From NCBI GenBank assembly GCA_040954595.2, contig CM082576.2, forward strand, positions 3,384,760 to 3,448,759: 64,000 bases of DNA, read 5' to 3'. The first letter of the stretch is position 1, and each line of letters begins with the position of its first letter. The notes under the pieces were generated by a model. It did not search any database and was not told the DNA's origin. It saw only the letters and a list, made by a program, of their open reading frames with translations. This document shows, piece by piece, positions 61,978 to 64,000 of the stretch. This DNA is from Balanoglossus misakiensis. Lineage: Eukaryota; Animalia; Hemichordata. The position numbers and the translations under genes are program-made.

Positions 61978-64000
61978 GTCTTCAGATTTTGTTGACACGA
62001 AAATTATTTGATTACGCCATAATTCTGTGCACGTGATTTGAAGTTTTCTGTTCAGATGAAGTGATTTGGGGAGTGGGACTGGGGGGGGGGGGGAGGGTGC
62101 GCAACCATCTTGGTTGCCCTGCAGTGTTGTTAGTATTCCCTGCAGATGGTCAGACAGCAGTTTCTTGTCTAAAGTGTGTACTTTACATCGGCTGTTTTGC
62201 TCCATTACGTCTTATTGTAGTTGCTGGCTAACCAGGGGCGGACACACTAAGCTTCACCATTCATTGCCTTTGGGCATTGCCGCCTCACCCGAAATCCCCA
62301 AACATAGAAGACGAAAAAAGCAGAAAGGGAGAAAGAAAACGTGAGAAAAGAACTCCCTGTCGCAAGAGTAGTCATTGAAGACTGGTGAAACGTAATCCTG
62401 TAATCAGAGAAGCCAGTCTTGCAAAACACAAGGTTCTCTTTCTATAGATAGGTTCCAATCGGCCGCCAGAGTGGGAAAGGCACATTTCACAAAGCTTGAT
62501 TCAGCAACCGGCGTTGTCCCGATCGTATTACTTGTTAGAATGTAATCACATAGATTCCAAACAAAAACTGCGAGTAACCAGATAACGCTGTCCGCTTGTT
62601 TCTAGATGAGCCAAGTTTTCCAGGTGAAATTAACCTGCTATGGGGAAAAAAAGTACAGTTTTCATGTGAATCTGCATCAGTGGGCTTTGTGCTTTTATGG
62701 GGGAGGGGCAGCTTCCTGTTAAATATTTTATATCCCTGAACTCAGACATGGCTGGCACATCAATCTAAAATGTGCAGATATGCCATGCTAATTCCTATCT
62801 TTCTCATTCTTATTTAAGTGATTATGTCTGTTCGTTATTAGTGTCCTGTCAGTGGTAGGCAGGTAGTCGTTTACCTATGGCATACTCGGCATTATGGGTA
62901 TCGGTTGCCTTGTTAGTGTTGTGTGTCAGCGTCTTGATAAACGATATCGCTGTCGCCATTAATCATTCCCCAGTGTTATTAAATCAGATTGAGCAGGGAG
63001 CTATGATGTCATCGGCGGAATCTGTGTCGTCTGGTCTTCTGTCTAACGAGTCCAACCCCCCTTCTCTCGGAATGTAGTAGTCTCGTTGCTCATATCAGCT
63101 GCAGACATATTTTTCATTCCTGGTGGGTCTTACGCGGTTATTCTGAGCTGTATTGTGTCCAGTAAAGCCCCACGTCTTCAATGAATGAAAGTTACACATG
63201 TGGATTTAAGCATCGACAGCCTGGGGCGGTCCCTGGCTGGAGCGTGGAACGTCGGAGCTGGGCTGCCCCGGCTGGCCTTGGCTTCTTTTCAGTGGCTTTA
63301 GTGCCTGTGTGCACTGGCTGTTGTTATGTTAAAAGGAGTGCAGAGGCTACCTGGCATTAAATCAATAGAGGATTGGTGTTTTTTCCTGTTTGTGACATTT
63401 ATTCTTTCCACCCCTTGCACAAATCTGTGCCACTCTCACATATTTCACCTTCCCTCATAAATGTCAACGAGAATGTCCGTAACCTGCGGGCAGTTCCCGC
63501 ACTGGCTCTTGGACACAGAAAGCTCATTATTAATTTCGGCTTTCTTGTGAAATCCACCAAAATATAATGTGAATGTTTTTTACTCAAAGAAACCTTTTTT
63601 TCCCCGAAACTTTGTAAAGTCAACAAGAAAGAAACCGTTTAACTTTAAATGCCATGAGTTTTTAAAAATATTGTGTACCTACTATGTGTCATTTTTAATG
63701 AGACAGACATATCAAATGTCCCAAAGTATAATGTATGGCTTTTTGTGTATTTTCCACACTTTACAGATACTGCCAATGTTACTGTATTCTACATGACCTT
63801 ATATAGACTGTTATTTTCTTCTTAATGTGCAACGGTTGAAACCTAATACTCTGTTATAAACTTGAAAAGGATGTAGGAAGCCTCCCTTTTTTTGCTTTGG
63901 CGAACTGTCTCTCAGCCATCTAAAATTAGATTTTATGGAACGGAAGAGGACAATTTACGTGATTGTTCATCTGTTGAAAACCAAACCGTGACTGATAGGT

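Noticed and set aside
1-64000. CRISPR arrays, tRNA/rRNA genes, autonomous transposons, prokaryotic operons or defence systems
   Set aside because: I saw no regularly spaced repeat-spacer arrays, tRNA T-loop/cloverleaf signatures, or RT/transposase ORFs. The window is spliced eukaryotic DNA.

Overview
This is intron-containing animal genomic DNA. It is AT-rich with GT-AG introns and has no prokaryotic features. The gene content suggests an invertebrate, possibly a non-vertebrate deuterostome (inference only). I assembled spliced gene models by hand, checking the reading frame across every junction. In order, the genes are: the 3' end of a FAM120B-like gene (+); a complete tandem FAM120B-like PIN-nuclease gene with a large Gln/His-rich insert (+); TIMM50 (-); three RDH11-14-like short-chain dehydrogenases (-,-,+); a 10-exon Rab32/38-family GTPase (+); TIMM9 (-) head-to-head with the 5' part of KIAA0586/TALPID3 (+); and an intronless IRF2BP-family gene (+) that appears to lie inside a TALPID3 intron on the same strand. 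The most notable observations are five. (1) An obligatory 5-nt microexon completes the invariant Gly-Lys of the Rab P-loop. (2) The same Rab has a natural Gln-to-His change at the switch II catalytic position. (3) A near-perfect 155-bp-arm foldback MITE with a 9-bp target-site duplication (TSD) sits about 200 bp upstream of the IRF2BP start codon. (4) The three RDH paralogs are homogenised in exon 2 only. (5) One RDH paralog has lost its catalytic Ser.
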